From Rhodoluna sp. (GTDB taxonomy: Bacteria > Actinomycetota > Actinomycetes > Actinomycetales > Microbacteriaceae): a stretch of 64,000 bases of DNA. A program made the position numbers and the translations under genes. Position 1 is the stretch's first letter; every line of letters starts with the position of its first letter. The notes under the pieces are model-generated. The model was not told the origin of the DNA. It searched no databases and saw nothing but the letters and a program-made list of their open reading frames with translations. Below, one piece after another: positions 51,574 through 60,902 of this stretch. The DNA lies in assembly GCA_044373385.1 (NCBI GenBank), contig JBILQF010000003.1, positions 29,409 through 93,408 of the forward strand. The letters are read 5' to 3'.

Positions 51574-54018
51574 CTAAGCGTAGTAGGAGTAGGCAACAAT
51601 GCCTCGCTTGATCTGGTCAATAGCCGACTGGGCAGTTGCTGAGAGTTCATCTGGGTTCACCTTGGATATTTGTTCAAGAAGATCTATGGTCTGTTTACAC
51701 CAGCGAATAAAGTCTCCCGCCAGCATTCCTGTTTGCTTAAGCACTGAATCAAGCCTGGAACCTGTTGCCCAGCGGTGCATCTGTAATGCCATCGATGCAT
51801 CCGGTTCAGTTGATAATGGCAAATTGTGTTCCTTAGCTAGAGCTTGTAGATCATCCCAAACCTCTAAGGTCTCATCAAATACAGCGACAAACTCACCCTT
51901 AGGCATCTTTGGCGTAAGACTGTCATCGTCTCTTCTAGCTTCATAGACCAAAGACGCTGCGATGGCAGCCAAAGTCTGAGCGTCTACGTGATGCCAAACT
52001 CGACGGCTGATGCATTCGGCCACTAACAGGTCTCGCTCCCCGTAAATCTTTGAAAGCTTCTGACCAGATTCCGTAATCTCCAGATCACCATCGGACACCG
52101 TCACATACTCAAGTTCAATCAACACTTCAGTGATCCGGTCAAAGGTCTTCGCTACCTGATTGGTTCTGGACTCGATTTGCTTAATGATGGCTGCAGTTTC
52201 ACGCTCGAGTTTGTACCAACGCTCACCCCATCTTGAGTGCAGTTCTCGGTCTGGACATGCATGGCAAGGATGAGAGCGCAATTCTCTCTTGAGGTTAGTA
52301 ACTCTAACTTCTAGTTGTCTCATGCCTTTGGTCTGTCGAAGGTCGTTTCTTCTAGCCTGTCTTCCAGAGGTAGCTATTTCTCTTTCAAGGTCAGAAACTT
52401 GTCTTCTCAGGCGTGCGTATTCCCTAAAGTCACCAACATGGCATTTCATCGACTCTTCATAGCCATCTAGGGATGCTTGCTTCTCACGTATACCTCTAGC
52501 GAGCCCAACAACAGATCTGTCAGCCTGGAACTGAGCAAAGGAAGTTTCTAGTACCTCTCTTGAACGCCTTTGTCCAAAAGCTTCAATCAGGTTAACGGCC
52601 ATGTTGAATGTAGGTCGGAATGAAGATATCAGCGGGTAAGTTCTTTTGGAGGCTAGACCTGCAACGTAATTCGGATCTAGATTCGCTGCCCACTGGATAA
52701 CTGAGTGTCCTTCAACGTCAATTCCTCGTCGTCCTGCTCGCCCAGTTAGCTGAGTGTATTCGCCAGGAGTAATCTGAACACGGCCCTCGCCGTTGAACTT
52801 ATCTAGCCGATCCAAAACCACAGTTCTCGCAGGCATGTTGATACCTAAGGCGAGAGTTTCTGTTGCGAACACGACCTTCACAAGCTTTCTAAGGAAGAGC
52901 TCCTCAACAACTTCTTTGAATGCAGGTAGTAATCCAGCGTGGTGAGCTGCAACTCCCCTTTCAAGTGCGCTTAGCCATTCAAAGTAACCCAATGCAGCTA
53001 AATCTTCGTCAGCGATGCTCCCACATTTCTCTTCAGCAATGCGACGAATAAGTTGCTTATCCTCAGGTTTGGTAAGTCGTATACCTGAGGCGAGAACTGA
53101 TTGAACGGCAGCTTCACATCCAGCTCTAGAGAAGATGAAGAATATTGCTGGCAACAAGTCAGCTTCATCCAAAAGCTCAATGATTTCAGGCTTACTTGCC
53201 TTATAGATACGGCCCATGTTTCGATCTGGGAAACCACTATGGCCACGTCTACCTCTAATTGGCCTGTTGGTTGGTTGACGCATCTTGTTGGCATGTCTTT
53301 GCACAAGGTCCACGTTGACTCGTAATTCTTTGTCTGAATCATCAAAGAGTGGAATAAGTTCATCACCGAATAGAACATGTTGGTTCAGCGGTACAGGTCG
53401 AACCTCAGAGACAATCACAGTGGTTCCGCCCCTGATTTCATCAAGCCAAGCACCGAACTCTTCAGCGTTAGAAACAGTCGCGCTTAGAGAGACAACTTTT
53501 ACATCCTTAGGAAGATGGAGAATGACTTCTTCCCAAACAGCGCCTCTGAATCTATCGGCAAGATAGTGAACTTCGTCCATCACAACAAATCCAAGACTTA
53601 TCAATGAGTTCGAGTTCGCATAGATCATGTTTCGAAGAACCTCTGTCGTCATCACCAAGATCTGAGCATCTGCATTGATGTTGGTATCACCAGTTAGAAG
53701 TCCAACTTTGTCTGAACCATATCTAGCTTTGAGTTCCGAGTATTTCTGGTTGCTTAGAGCTTTGATTGGTGTGGTGTAGAAAACCTTTAGGTCTTTCTCA
53801 ACTGCGAGGTGAATAGCGAACTCACCGATGATGGTCTTACCTGCTCCTGTTGGAGCAGCAACTAGAACGCCCTGCCCCTCAGCTAGTGCTCGGCAGGATT
53901 GTTCTTGGAAATCATCTAAAGGAAACTTAAGTAATTTCTTAAAGCTCTCAAGACTCGGGCTCTGCTTATTTTGCTTTGCTCGTTTGAATCTTTCCGAAGG
54001 TGAGAGTTGTTCTTCCAT
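51574..54018 (-). CDS. helY: Ski2-like DEAD/DEAH-box RNA helicase HelY
   Basis: AAPTGAGKT, MDEVHYL, SATV, C-terminal DSHCT-like region. tatC-helY synteny as in mycobacteria. Confidence 0.9.
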   Translation of the reverse strand: MEEQLSPSERFKRAKQNKQSPSLESFKKLLKFPLDDFQEQSCRALAEGQGVLVAAPTGAGKTIIGEFAIHLAVEKDLKVFYTTPIKALSNQKYSELKARYGSDKVGLLTGDTNINADAQILVMTTEVLRNMIYANSNSLISLGFVVMDEVHYLADRFRGAVWEEVILHLPKDVKVVSLSATVSNAEEFGAWLDEIRGGTTVIVSEVRPVPLNQHVLFGDELIPLFDDSDKELRVNVDLVQRHANKMRQPTNRPIRGRRGHSGFPDRNMGRIYKASKPEIIELLDEADLLPAIFFIFSRAGCEAAVQSVLASGIRLTKPEDKQLIRRIAEEKCGSIADEDLAALGYFEWLSALERGVAAHHAGLLPAFKEVVEELFLRKLVKVVFATETLALGINMPARTVVLDRLDKFNGEGRVQITPGEYTQLTGRAGRRGIDVEGHSVIQWAANLDPNYVAGLASKRTYPLISSFRPTFNMAVNLIEAFGQRRSREVLETSFAQFQADRSVVGLARGIREKQASLDGYEESMKCHVGDFREYARLRRQVSDLEREIATSGRQARRNDLRQTKGMRQLEVRVTNLKRELRSHPCHACPDRELHSRWGERWYKLERETAAIIKQIESRTNQVAKTFDRITEVLIELEYVTVSDGDLEITESGQKLSKIYGERDLLVAECISRRVWHHVDAQTLAAIAASLVYEARRDDDSLTPKMPKGEFVAVFDETLEVWDDLQALAKEHNLPLSTEPDASMALQMHRWATGSRLDSVLKQTGMLAGDFIRWCKQTIDLLEQISKVNPDELSATAQSAIDQIKRGIVAYSYYA

Positions 54019-54830
54019 TAAGAAACTGCATCAGGTTTATAGTCAGTGGCTAGATCTGGTCCATCAAAAGAATCTTTCGCTTTACGAGCTCTGCGTTTGT
54101 CATTAGCAAGCGCGATAGCTGCTGAGAGATAGTAGAAAGCAAGCAATGGAATCATGAGTAGGAACATTGATATCGGATCTGAAACCGGCGTTGCCAAAGC
54201 ACCAATCAATGAGATTAGGAAGATTGCTGGACGCCAACCTTTCAGAATGCTTCTGCCACTTAAAACACCGACGGCGTTCAGAAGGACAAGAATTGCTGGA
54301 AGGACGAATGCCAGGCCAAAGACTAGTAGAACCCGAACTGTGAATAGAACATACTCTGAAGCGTTAATCACGTTAGAGCTTCCCTCAGGAGTGAAACCTA
54401 GAAGTGATCTAACGAAACCTGGGAAGAGCCACCAACCGAAGTATGCTCCACCGAGAAAAAGTGGAGTGCTCGTTAGGGCAAAGATAACAGTGTATTTTCG
54501 TTCGCGCTTCTTGAATGCTGGTGCTAGAAATGCCCAAATCTGATATAGCCAGAAGGGGCTTGTGATGAACAAACCAATAAAGAATGCCACCTGGAAGTGT
54601 AAGTCAAAAGCAGAGACGACCGAACCGAAGTTGACAGTTGCAGTTACATTCGCTTCTTGAGCTACGCGGATGATTGGCTTTTGCAGTTCCTTGAAGACGT
54701 TGTCGAATAATTCCCAGCCGATGATGGTTCCAGCAAGTATGGCGAAAGCTGATCGAAAGAGTCTTTTTCGTAATTCTCGGAGGTGCCCCGAGAGCTTCAT
54801 TCTCTTATCGGGGTTGCGGCGAAGAGCCAT
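54018..54830 (-). CDS. tatC: Twin-arginine translocase subunit TatC
   Basis: MKLSGHLRELRKRL N-terminus and six TMs. Confidence 0.9.
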   Translation of the reverse strand: MALRRNPDKRMKLSGHLRELRKRLFRSAFAILAGTIIGWELFDNVFKELQKPIIRVAQEANVTATVNFGSVVSAFDLHFQVAFFIGLFITSPFWLYQIWAFLAPAFKKRERKYTVIFALTSTPLFLGGAYFGWWLFPGFVRSLLGFTPEGSSNVINASEYVLFTVRVLLVFGLAFVLPAILVLLNAVGVLSGRSILKGWRPAIFLISLIGALATPVSDPISMFLLMIPLLAFYYLSAAIALANDKRRARKAKDSFDGPDLATDYKPDAVS

Positions 54831-55027
54831 TAGTCTTTTTTAGGTTGTTCTTTCTCAGAAATAGCCTTCTTGTCCTCGTCGCGCTCGTCACCAAGCTGCT
54901 TCATTTCCTTACGGAAGATACGCATTGACTCGCCAAGACTCTTAGCAAATGTTGGAAGCTTTGGAGCCCCCCAAATGATGAGGACAACAAGAATGATGAA
55001 GCCTAAGTGCCAGCCTTCTAAACGCAT
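54830..55027 (-). CDS. tatA: Twin-arginine translocase subunit TatA
   Basis: 65 aa. TM followed by the FG/amphipathic helix WGAPKLPTFAKSLGESMRIFRKEM. Confidence 0.9.
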   Translation of the reverse strand: MRLEGWHLGFIILVVLIIWGAPKLPTFAKSLGESMRIFRKEMKQLGDERDEDKKAISEKEQPKKD

Positions 55028-55037
55028 TGATCAAACC

Positions 55038-55274
55038 TTACTGATTCGGATTACGGTCTTTGTTACCTGTGCTTTCAAGCCTACGCTGTCTTTCCAACCT
55101 AGAACGTTTTAGAGCACTTGTTTCAATCTTAAGGGTTTTAGCCTTTTGCTTCAGAGGGTCCAGTGCCCTATTTACTCGCACAGCCGATTTTCTAAGCCTT
55201 AAGCCAACAACGGAAAGGGTGGTCATAGTTGCCACGCCAATGAAAATTGAGACGTAGAGCCAGATTCCTTGCAT
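55038..55274 (-). CDS. Small single-TM protein with basic coiled C-terminus (unknown function)
   Basis: 78 aa. The ATG directly abuts the pafC stop (TAAATG) and the ORF ends 10 nt before tatA. N-terminal TM IWLYVSIFIGVATMTTLSVVGL, then a K/R-rich helix. Confidence 0.55.
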   Translation of the reverse strand: MQGIWLYVSIFIGVATMTTLSVVGLRLRKSAVRVNRALDPLKQKAKTLKIETSALKRSRLERQRRLESTGNKDRNPNQ

Positions 55275-56267
55275 TTATTCAGCATCCTTAGGTGTATTTG
55301 AAGAGCGTTCTCCCAGAGCATTCAGAGCAAAATCTCGGACACTTTGGCGAGCAATCTCAGGAGCTATAACTCGAGCAGCCCCTCCAAATCTTGCGATGAC
55401 CCGACCAAGGTTACGAACATCCCCAACTTTGATCTTGAATCTCTTGACACTTTTGCTCATAGCCTCAGGTTCTTCAACTGGTTTGAAGTCAAAGATGAGT
55501 GAATAAGCCTCAGGGTCTACTTCAAGTGTGACAACCGTGTCGGTTTCAGCTGATGTGTAGATCTCTTCAACAAGTTCAGCTTCTAGAGCTTCTTTGGTTA
55601 TTGGAACACTGGTTGGTTTGGCGTTTCTCATTCGATCGAGGCGGAATGACCGGACGTTTTTGTTTGCAGGACACCAAGCTCTCAAGTAGATGACTTCGCC
55701 CTGTGAGTCAACTCTTAGCGGTTCAAGCAATCTGCCTATGGTCGTCTCACCTTTTAGGTTCAGATAATCGCAGGTGATACTCACACCAGAAGACATAGCC
55801 TCTCTAATTGCAACCAAGTCAGTATCTCTATCGCCTGTTTCAATTAAAACACTTTTCTTCTTCTCTGGACCATCTTCAATTGCAAGAATTCTTTGAAGCT
55901 CTTGAATCTCTTGGTTATCTACTAGTCCTGGAAGTGAACTCAGATACACAAGCCCTGCTGCTAGAGCGGATGCTTGTCTTGATGAGAGTCTCGGAACTTC
56001 GTCAATACCCTGGTTGAAGGTGTATTTGATTGACACAAAGCCCTCATCCAAATCGTCATAGTTAACCTCGTACGAACCATCCTGATTAGATTTCATGAGG
56101 TCTGTGAAGCTAATCATCTTAACTGCTTTGACAATCTCTTTCTTTGAGACTTTAAAGTGGTCAACCAGCTCCTCTACTGTGTACTCTTCACCATCAACAA
56201 GTAGACCTGTCAATGCGAGCATGAGATTAAAGCGATCAGTGTCGTCAAGTTTGATTTCATCAGGCAT
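55275..56267 (-). CDS. pafC: PafC (HTH-WYL-WCX transcriptional regulator subunit)
   Basis: WYL-domain region IYLRAWCPANKNVRSFRLDRM. Overlaps pafB by 8 nt. pafBC-tatAC synteny. Confidence 0.8.
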   Translation of the reverse strand: MPDEIKLDDTDRFNLMLALTGLLVDGEEYTVEELVDHFKVSKKEIVKAVKMISFTDLMKSNQDGSYEVNYDDLDEGFVSIKYTFNQGIDEVPRLSSRQASALAAGLVYLSSLPGLVDNQEIQELQRILAIEDGPEKKKSVLIETGDRDTDLVAIREAMSSGVSITCDYLNLKGETTIGRLLEPLRVDSQGEVIYLRAWCPANKNVRSFRLDRMRNAKPTSVPITKEALEAELVEEIYTSAETDTVVTLEVDPEAYSLIFDFKPVEEPEAMSKSVKRFKIKVGDVRNLGRVIARFGGAARVIAPEIARQSVRDFALNALGERSSNTPKDAE

Positions 56268-57273
56268 GTAAATCAGCTACCTTTCTGAAACCCAGTTCAA
56301 CAAGAGTCGCTAATTCCTTAGGCTCAACCACTTCAATTTGGTCCGCATACTCGCGTAGCTGTTCCGCAAGAACGTATAGGTCGTGATAGTTCAGCTGCAG
56401 CTTGTTGTCTTTCTTGTTTGGAACAAGGTCAAGTTCATATCTAAACCAAGCTTCGCTCCCCAGTGTGACTTTCAAGACCGCGACTTGAGACTTAGCGTGC
56501 TCGTCTAAGTCCTTCACCGCAGAATCGATGACTGATTCATCCGGCATCTCAAAGGTTCTAGCTTCTCTGCCGTCGCTAACTGGTTCTACCTTGCTCACGA
56601 TTCTTCTGAGCATAAAGTTTCTAGCTTCCTGTCTTGCCTCATCGAAGCCCAATACCAACCATGCTCCAGCAATCTGCCTCATAAGCCATGGCTGAAGTGT
56701 TCTTGTTTGAATGTCTCCAGTTTTAGGATTCCTGTAGTCGAAAGAAATCACTTGAGATTCTGAAATGGCAAAATCAATGTCTTTGAATGATGGTTCGAAG
56801 GTGTGAATCTTAGGCGAAATACCTATGATGTCTGAAGATTGACCTACTACTCCTAGAGCTCTTAGTTTCGTTATGCCTCGGCTTGCATCAGTTGAAAGAG
56901 ATCCTCCAGCCCATGCTTCGGCTGCGAGATTTAGAAGTGCAAGTTGTCTTGGTGTTAGTTTGACGCTACTCGGCCAAGAGAAGCTCTCACGCTTGATTCT
57001 GTAGGTGGTTACCTGATTGTTTTCATCTTCATGCTTAGGAATCTCTGCTTCAATTCGAATTCCTACTTCTCGAAGACTCGCCTTGTCTCTTTCGAATTTA
57101 CGCTCAAGGGTTGAATTGTTTCCACCCTCTTTGTATTCGTTGTCGTAGCCTCGAACAGTTTGCAGAATCTGATTCTTAGTTAAGCCCTCGGTTGCATACA
57201 GCAGTGTGCAGGTCAGGTTGAATAAACGCTCGGGTTTACCGAGATCGAAATCGTCATTCTCCTTGGAGGCCAT
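56260..57273 (-). CDS. pafB: PafB (HTH-WYL-WCX transcriptional regulator subunit)
   Basis: N-terminal winged HTH (ERLFNLTCTLLYATEGLTKNQI). WYL region AWLVLGFDEARQEARNFMLRRI. Confidence 0.8.
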   Translation of the reverse strand: MASKENDDFDLGKPERLFNLTCTLLYATEGLTKNQILQTVRGYDNEYKEGGNNSTLERKFERDKASLREVGIRIEAEIPKHEDENNQVTTYRIKRESFSWPSSVKLTPRQLALLNLAAEAWAGGSLSTDASRGITKLRALGVVGQSSDIIGISPKIHTFEPSFKDIDFAISESQVISFDYRNPKTGDIQTRTLQPWLMRQIAGAWLVLGFDEARQEARNFMLRRIVSKVEPVSDGREARTFEMPDESVIDSAVKDLDEHAKSQVAVLKVTLGSEAWFRYELDLVPNKKDNKLQLNYHDLYVLAEQLREYADQIEVVEPKELATLVELGFRKVADLHA

Positions 57274-57285
57274 GAAGTCTTTTTA

Positions 57286-58278
57286 CTACTTGTTGATACC
57301 TAGAACATCAATCACGAAGATTAGTGTTGCGTTGCCAGGAATCGAACCCTGTCCTGCAGCTCCGTATGCAACATCAGGGGGCATAACTGCAATGACCTGA
57401 GAACCGACTGTGATTCCTTCGAGAGCCTTCACGAATCCTGATATGAGGTTGGCTTCGGCAAGTGTGAAGGTCGCTGGCGTTACAGGAGTTTGAGCGTCTC
57501 TTTGATTCCATGAAGAGTCAAAAGGGTCGCCAATGTCGTCTGACCAAACCCAACCGGTGTAGTGAACAGTAATTGAGTCGCCGATCTTGATTGCTTCACC
57601 TTTACCTGAGATCAAAGTAGATCTCTTGAATTCCTTAGGAGCTGCAAAGCTAGGTTGAATTATTCCAGGCTGACCGGTCTTAGGTGTTAGCACCACTGCA
57701 GGCATGCCTGACTCTGGCGAGTTTGATGCACCATTAGCGTGAGGAAGGTAAACCTTCATTAGCTCAAGAATGAACAGAGAACCCTCCGGATCATCTGTGT
57801 TTGCAGGTAGGGCGAAAGCAACAACAGAACCTTGCTTTACTCCACTAAGAGCATCGCAGAACTGTTTTGTAGATGTTGAGTTGAATACCTGTGAAGCTGA
57901 GTCGGTTCCGTCCCACTTGCTTGAGGCGAGTGCTGTTCCTGAGGTCGACGAGAAGACCGCATATTCGATAGTTATTAGTTGATCGCCTGTGAAGGCTGGA
58001 CCATCGCCTTCACGGACAATCTTGGTCTGAGCACTCTTGATGTTCGCTAGTGGAGACTTGATGCTTGAACCGGCTTCAGCAGTTGCGAATTCAACTGTTG
58101 GGACTGTGTTTGGATCCGCCTTTACTTTTACAGCGTCAATCTCTGATCCACCCTTATAGGTCTCGCAAGTGGCGGTTAATCCCTCGAATGCTCTAACTTC
58201 AGGAGTGGCATTAGACATGCAGCCAGTAAGTGAAAGGGCAAGAGCAGAGGAAACAAGGATGGAAGTGATTTTGGACAC
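57286..58278 (-). CDS. FKBP-type peptidyl-prolyl isomerase lipoprotein
   Basis: Lipobox LSLTGC. C-terminal FKBP domain: VHYTGWVWSD..FDSSW..GFVKALEGITVGSQ..PPDVAYG. Confidence 0.85.
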   Translation of the reverse strand: MSKITSILVSSALALSLTGCMSNATPEVRAFEGLTATCETYKGGSEIDAVKVKADPNTVPTVEFATAEAGSSIKSPLANIKSAQTKIVREGDGPAFTGDQLITIEYAVFSSTSGTALASSKWDGTDSASQVFNSTSTKQFCDALSGVKQGSVVAFALPANTDDPEGSLFILELMKVYLPHANGASNSPESGMPAVVLTPKTGQPGIIQPSFAAPKEFKRSTLISGKGEAIKIGDSITVHYTGWVWSDDIGDPFDSSWNQRDAQTPVTPATFTLAEANLISGFVKALEGITVGSQVIAVMPPDVAYGAAGQGSIPGNATLIFVIDVLGINK

Positions 58279-58308
58279 GGAAACAACTTTCTTTGAATTG
58301 CCTCCAGT

Positions 58309-59307
58309 TTACTCGCCGTTTTCCTCAAATCCCCTAAGTGTGGCCTCTGCAGAACTTTTGGCAGATCTCAGCGACTTTCTCAACTTCTTTTCACTTATTG
58401 ATCGCTCTCCGACGTGCTCAGGATTCCAAATAGCAATGTCTTCGTCTTCAAATTCAGGCTTATTACGTCTACTGAAGCTTGGAAGTTGAGTGCCAGGAGC
58501 TAGTCGCCTAGCGGTCAACAGGAAGCCTGTGTGGCCTCCCATTCGGTGCTCAGGTCTAACTGCAAGGCCTTGTAAATGCCAGCCACGGACAAGTGATTCA
58601 AAGGCTTCCGGTTCTGCGTATAGCTTGCCGGATCTAATCTCCTCAGCAACCCGAGACAACTGGGTAACGGTAGCCACGTAACAGATAAGAACTCCACCAG
58701 GAGCCAGAGCGACAGACACAGACTCAATGCACTCCCATGGAGCAAGCATGTCTAGAACGATTCTGTCTACTGATCCCGCCTCGAGATGCTTAGGCAGCTC
58801 TTCTTCTAAACTGCCAAGTTGAACATCCCAGTTTGTGGGTCTAATGCCAAAGTGAGTGCTGACGTTAGCTTGAGCAATCTCAGCGAACTCTTCTCTTCTT
58901 TCGAACGAAGTTAGATGACCTTCAGGACCTATTGCTCGAAGCAAGTACATACTCAACGCTCCAGAGCCGACGCCAGCTTCAACGACTCTTGCGCCTGGGA
59001 ATATGTCTCCCATCGTCACAATGTTTGCCGCATCCTTTGGATAGACAATAGCTGCGCCTCTAGGCATCGATAAAACAAAATCTGTTAGCAGTGGCCTGAA
59101 CGCTAGATACTCAACTCCAGCTTGATTGGCGATGACTGAACCGTCTGGCTTACCGATGATCTCATCGTGCATGATGTCTCCACGATGGGTGCCGAACTTA
59201 GCTCCAGTAACCAAAGTTATGGTGTTGAGTCTGCCCTTAGGGCCAGTCAGTTGAACTCTCTCCCCTGCGACAAAAGGACCGCGATGCTTTCTTGGTTTGT
59301 CGCTCAC
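58309..59307 (-). CDS. trmI: tRNA (adenine58-N1)-methyltransferase TrmI
   Basis: VVEAGVGSGALSMYL SAM motif and an N-terminal beta domain. Homologous context to Rv2118c next to the mycobacterial proteasome region. Confidence 0.85.
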   Translation of the reverse strand: MSDKPRKHRGPFVAGERVQLTGPKGRLNTITLVTGAKFGTHRGDIMHDEIIGKPDGSVIANQAGVEYLAFRPLLTDFVLSMPRGAAIVYPKDAANIVTMGDIFPGARVVEAGVGSGALSMYLLRAIGPEGHLTSFERREEFAEIAQANVSTHFGIRPTNWDVQLGSLEEELPKHLEAGSVDRIVLDMLAPWECIESVSVALAPGGVLICYVATVTQLSRVAEEIRSGKLYAEPEAFESLVRGWHLQGLAVRPEHRMGGHTGFLLTARRLAPGTQLPSFSRRNKPEFEDEDIAIWNPEHVGERSISEKKLRKSLRSAKSSAEATLRGFEENGE

Positions 59308-59963
59308 TAGATTAGTTTCCTCAACTGTTTGAAAGTTACTCCCTCAAGAGTAGGCCAAATCACTCGACCTGGTTTCTGAGGAATCTCGATGATGTTTGGA
59401 ATACCAATCGCATAAGTTCCAGCAGCTTCTGCTGAAGTAAGTCCCGTTACTGAATCCTCGAATGCGATGCATTTGCTCGGATGGAAACCAAGCAAAGCTG
59501 CAGCTTTCTCATAAGCCTCAGGATGAGGCTTTCCTCGAGTCACATCATCCCCTGCAACGATGACGTCAAATGCGTCAAAAGGTATGGCATCAACTACCTG
59601 TTGAGCCATCCTGCGGAGGGACATTGTCACTAGAGCCGTCTTTACCCCGCGCTTACGAAGCTCCAGCAGCAACTCTTTGGCTCCTGGTCGCCAGGGCACC
59701 ACTTTCGAGAGTTTGCTCTGCACATCATTGGACAGACGGTTCTTGATCTCGTCTATTCCCAACGGGACATTGGTGCGTTCTTTGAAAAGCTTGGAAGAAT
59801 CATTGAGGTCCTTGCCGATGACATCCAGGCTGTCATTTGTGGTCCAAGTTCCATTGTGTTCAGCCGCTAGGGACTGCTCACTGGCCATCCAATATGGCTC
59901 AGAATCAATGATTGTTCCGTCCATGTCAAATAGAACGGCGAAGGATGGTTTACGACCTAGCAT
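59307..59963 (-). CDS. HAD-superfamily hydrolase (beta-phosphoglucomutase-like subfamily IA)
   Basis: VLFDMDGTIIDSE motif I, a motif II-like VTMS segment, and FEDSVTGLTSAEAAG motif IV. Confidence 0.8.
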   Translation of the reverse strand: MLGRKPSFAVLFDMDGTIIDSEPYWMASEQSLAAEHNGTWTTNDSLDVIGKDLNDSSKLFKERTNVPLGIDEIKNRLSNDVQSKLSKVVPWRPGAKELLLELRKRGVKTALVTMSLRRMAQQVVDAIPFDAFDVIVAGDDVTRGKPHPEAYEKAAALLGFHPSKCIAFEDSVTGLTSAEAAGTYAIGIPNIIEIPQKPGRVIWPTLEGVTFKQLRKLI

Positions 59964-60032
59964 TATGTGAAAAGTCTAATCGGCTTGAATGAAATAGAGT
60001 TCTTATGACTCTTGAAGTGAAATGGTGATTGA

Positions 60033-60902
60033 TTGAACGAGATTTCAAATATCTTTGGTGGCCGCGTACTAATAATCGCGTTAGATGGTTGGACAGATGC
60101 CGGGATGGCATCTACTGGAGCTGTCACCTACATCAAGGACAAGCTAGCCTCCGATCTGCTCGTGTCTATTGACGACCAGGACTACTTCGATCTTCTGCGC
60201 CAAAGACCAATCATCGTTCTAGATGAACATGGTGAGCGCGACTTTGTTTGGCCAAGCCTTGAGCTATTTGGTCCTGGTCCTAAAACTCCAATCCAACAGA
60301 AAGACTTGAGCCTCTACTTCCTAACAGGGCAAGAACCTGCTTTGCAATGGCAATTCCTGATGACCGAACTCGTAGAGATTATTGAAGATCGTGACATTGA
60401 AGCAGTCATCATGCTCGGTTCACTAGCTGCTGAGACCCCGCACTCACGTGCAATCCAGGTCTACAAGAACAGTCAGAGTGCAATTGTTAGAAATGCTTTG
60501 GGTATTGAAAGAAGTAATTACGACGGACGCGCTGGCTTCATTTCTGTTCTAGGTCACGCTCTTGAAAAAGCTGGTCTTCCAACTATCTCTATCTGGGCTC
60601 AAGTTCCTCACTATGTTGCATCAATGCCATCTCCTAAAGCCGCTCTTGCTCTAGTTAATGATTTAGAGATCATGCTTGGCTTTACAGTTGACCACAAAGA
60701 GATACTTGATGCAGCATTCGAGTGGGAAAGATCAGTAGATAGTTTTGCTGAAGGTGATGAAGATCTGCTTAACTACATCGCAGGTCTTGAACGCTCTAGA
60801 GATGAAGCTGAAGCTGAAGAAATGACAACCGATCAGCTTGCCTTAGAGTTTGAAAAGTTCTTGAGACAAAACGAAGGTGATTCCGAGCCGCCTAAGAACT
60901 AG
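60033..60902 (+). CDS. PAC2 (proteasome assembly chaperone 2-like) family protein
   Basis: VLIIALDGWTDAGMAS N-terminal signature and an acidic C-terminal tail. 289 aa. Confidence 0.7.
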   Translation: MNEISNIFGGRVLIIALDGWTDAGMASTGAVTYIKDKLASDLLVSIDDQDYFDLLRQRPIIVLDEHGERDFVWPSLELFGPGPKTPIQQKDLSLYFLTGQEPALQWQFLMTELVEIIEDRDIEAVIMLGSLAAETPHSRAIQVYKNSQSAIVRNALGIERSNYDGRAGFISVLGHALEKAGLPTISIWAQVPHYVASMPSPKAALALVNDLEIMLGFTVDHKEILDAAFEWERSVDSFAEGDEDLLNYIAGLERSRDEAEAEEMTTDQLALEFEKFLRQNEGDSEPPKN

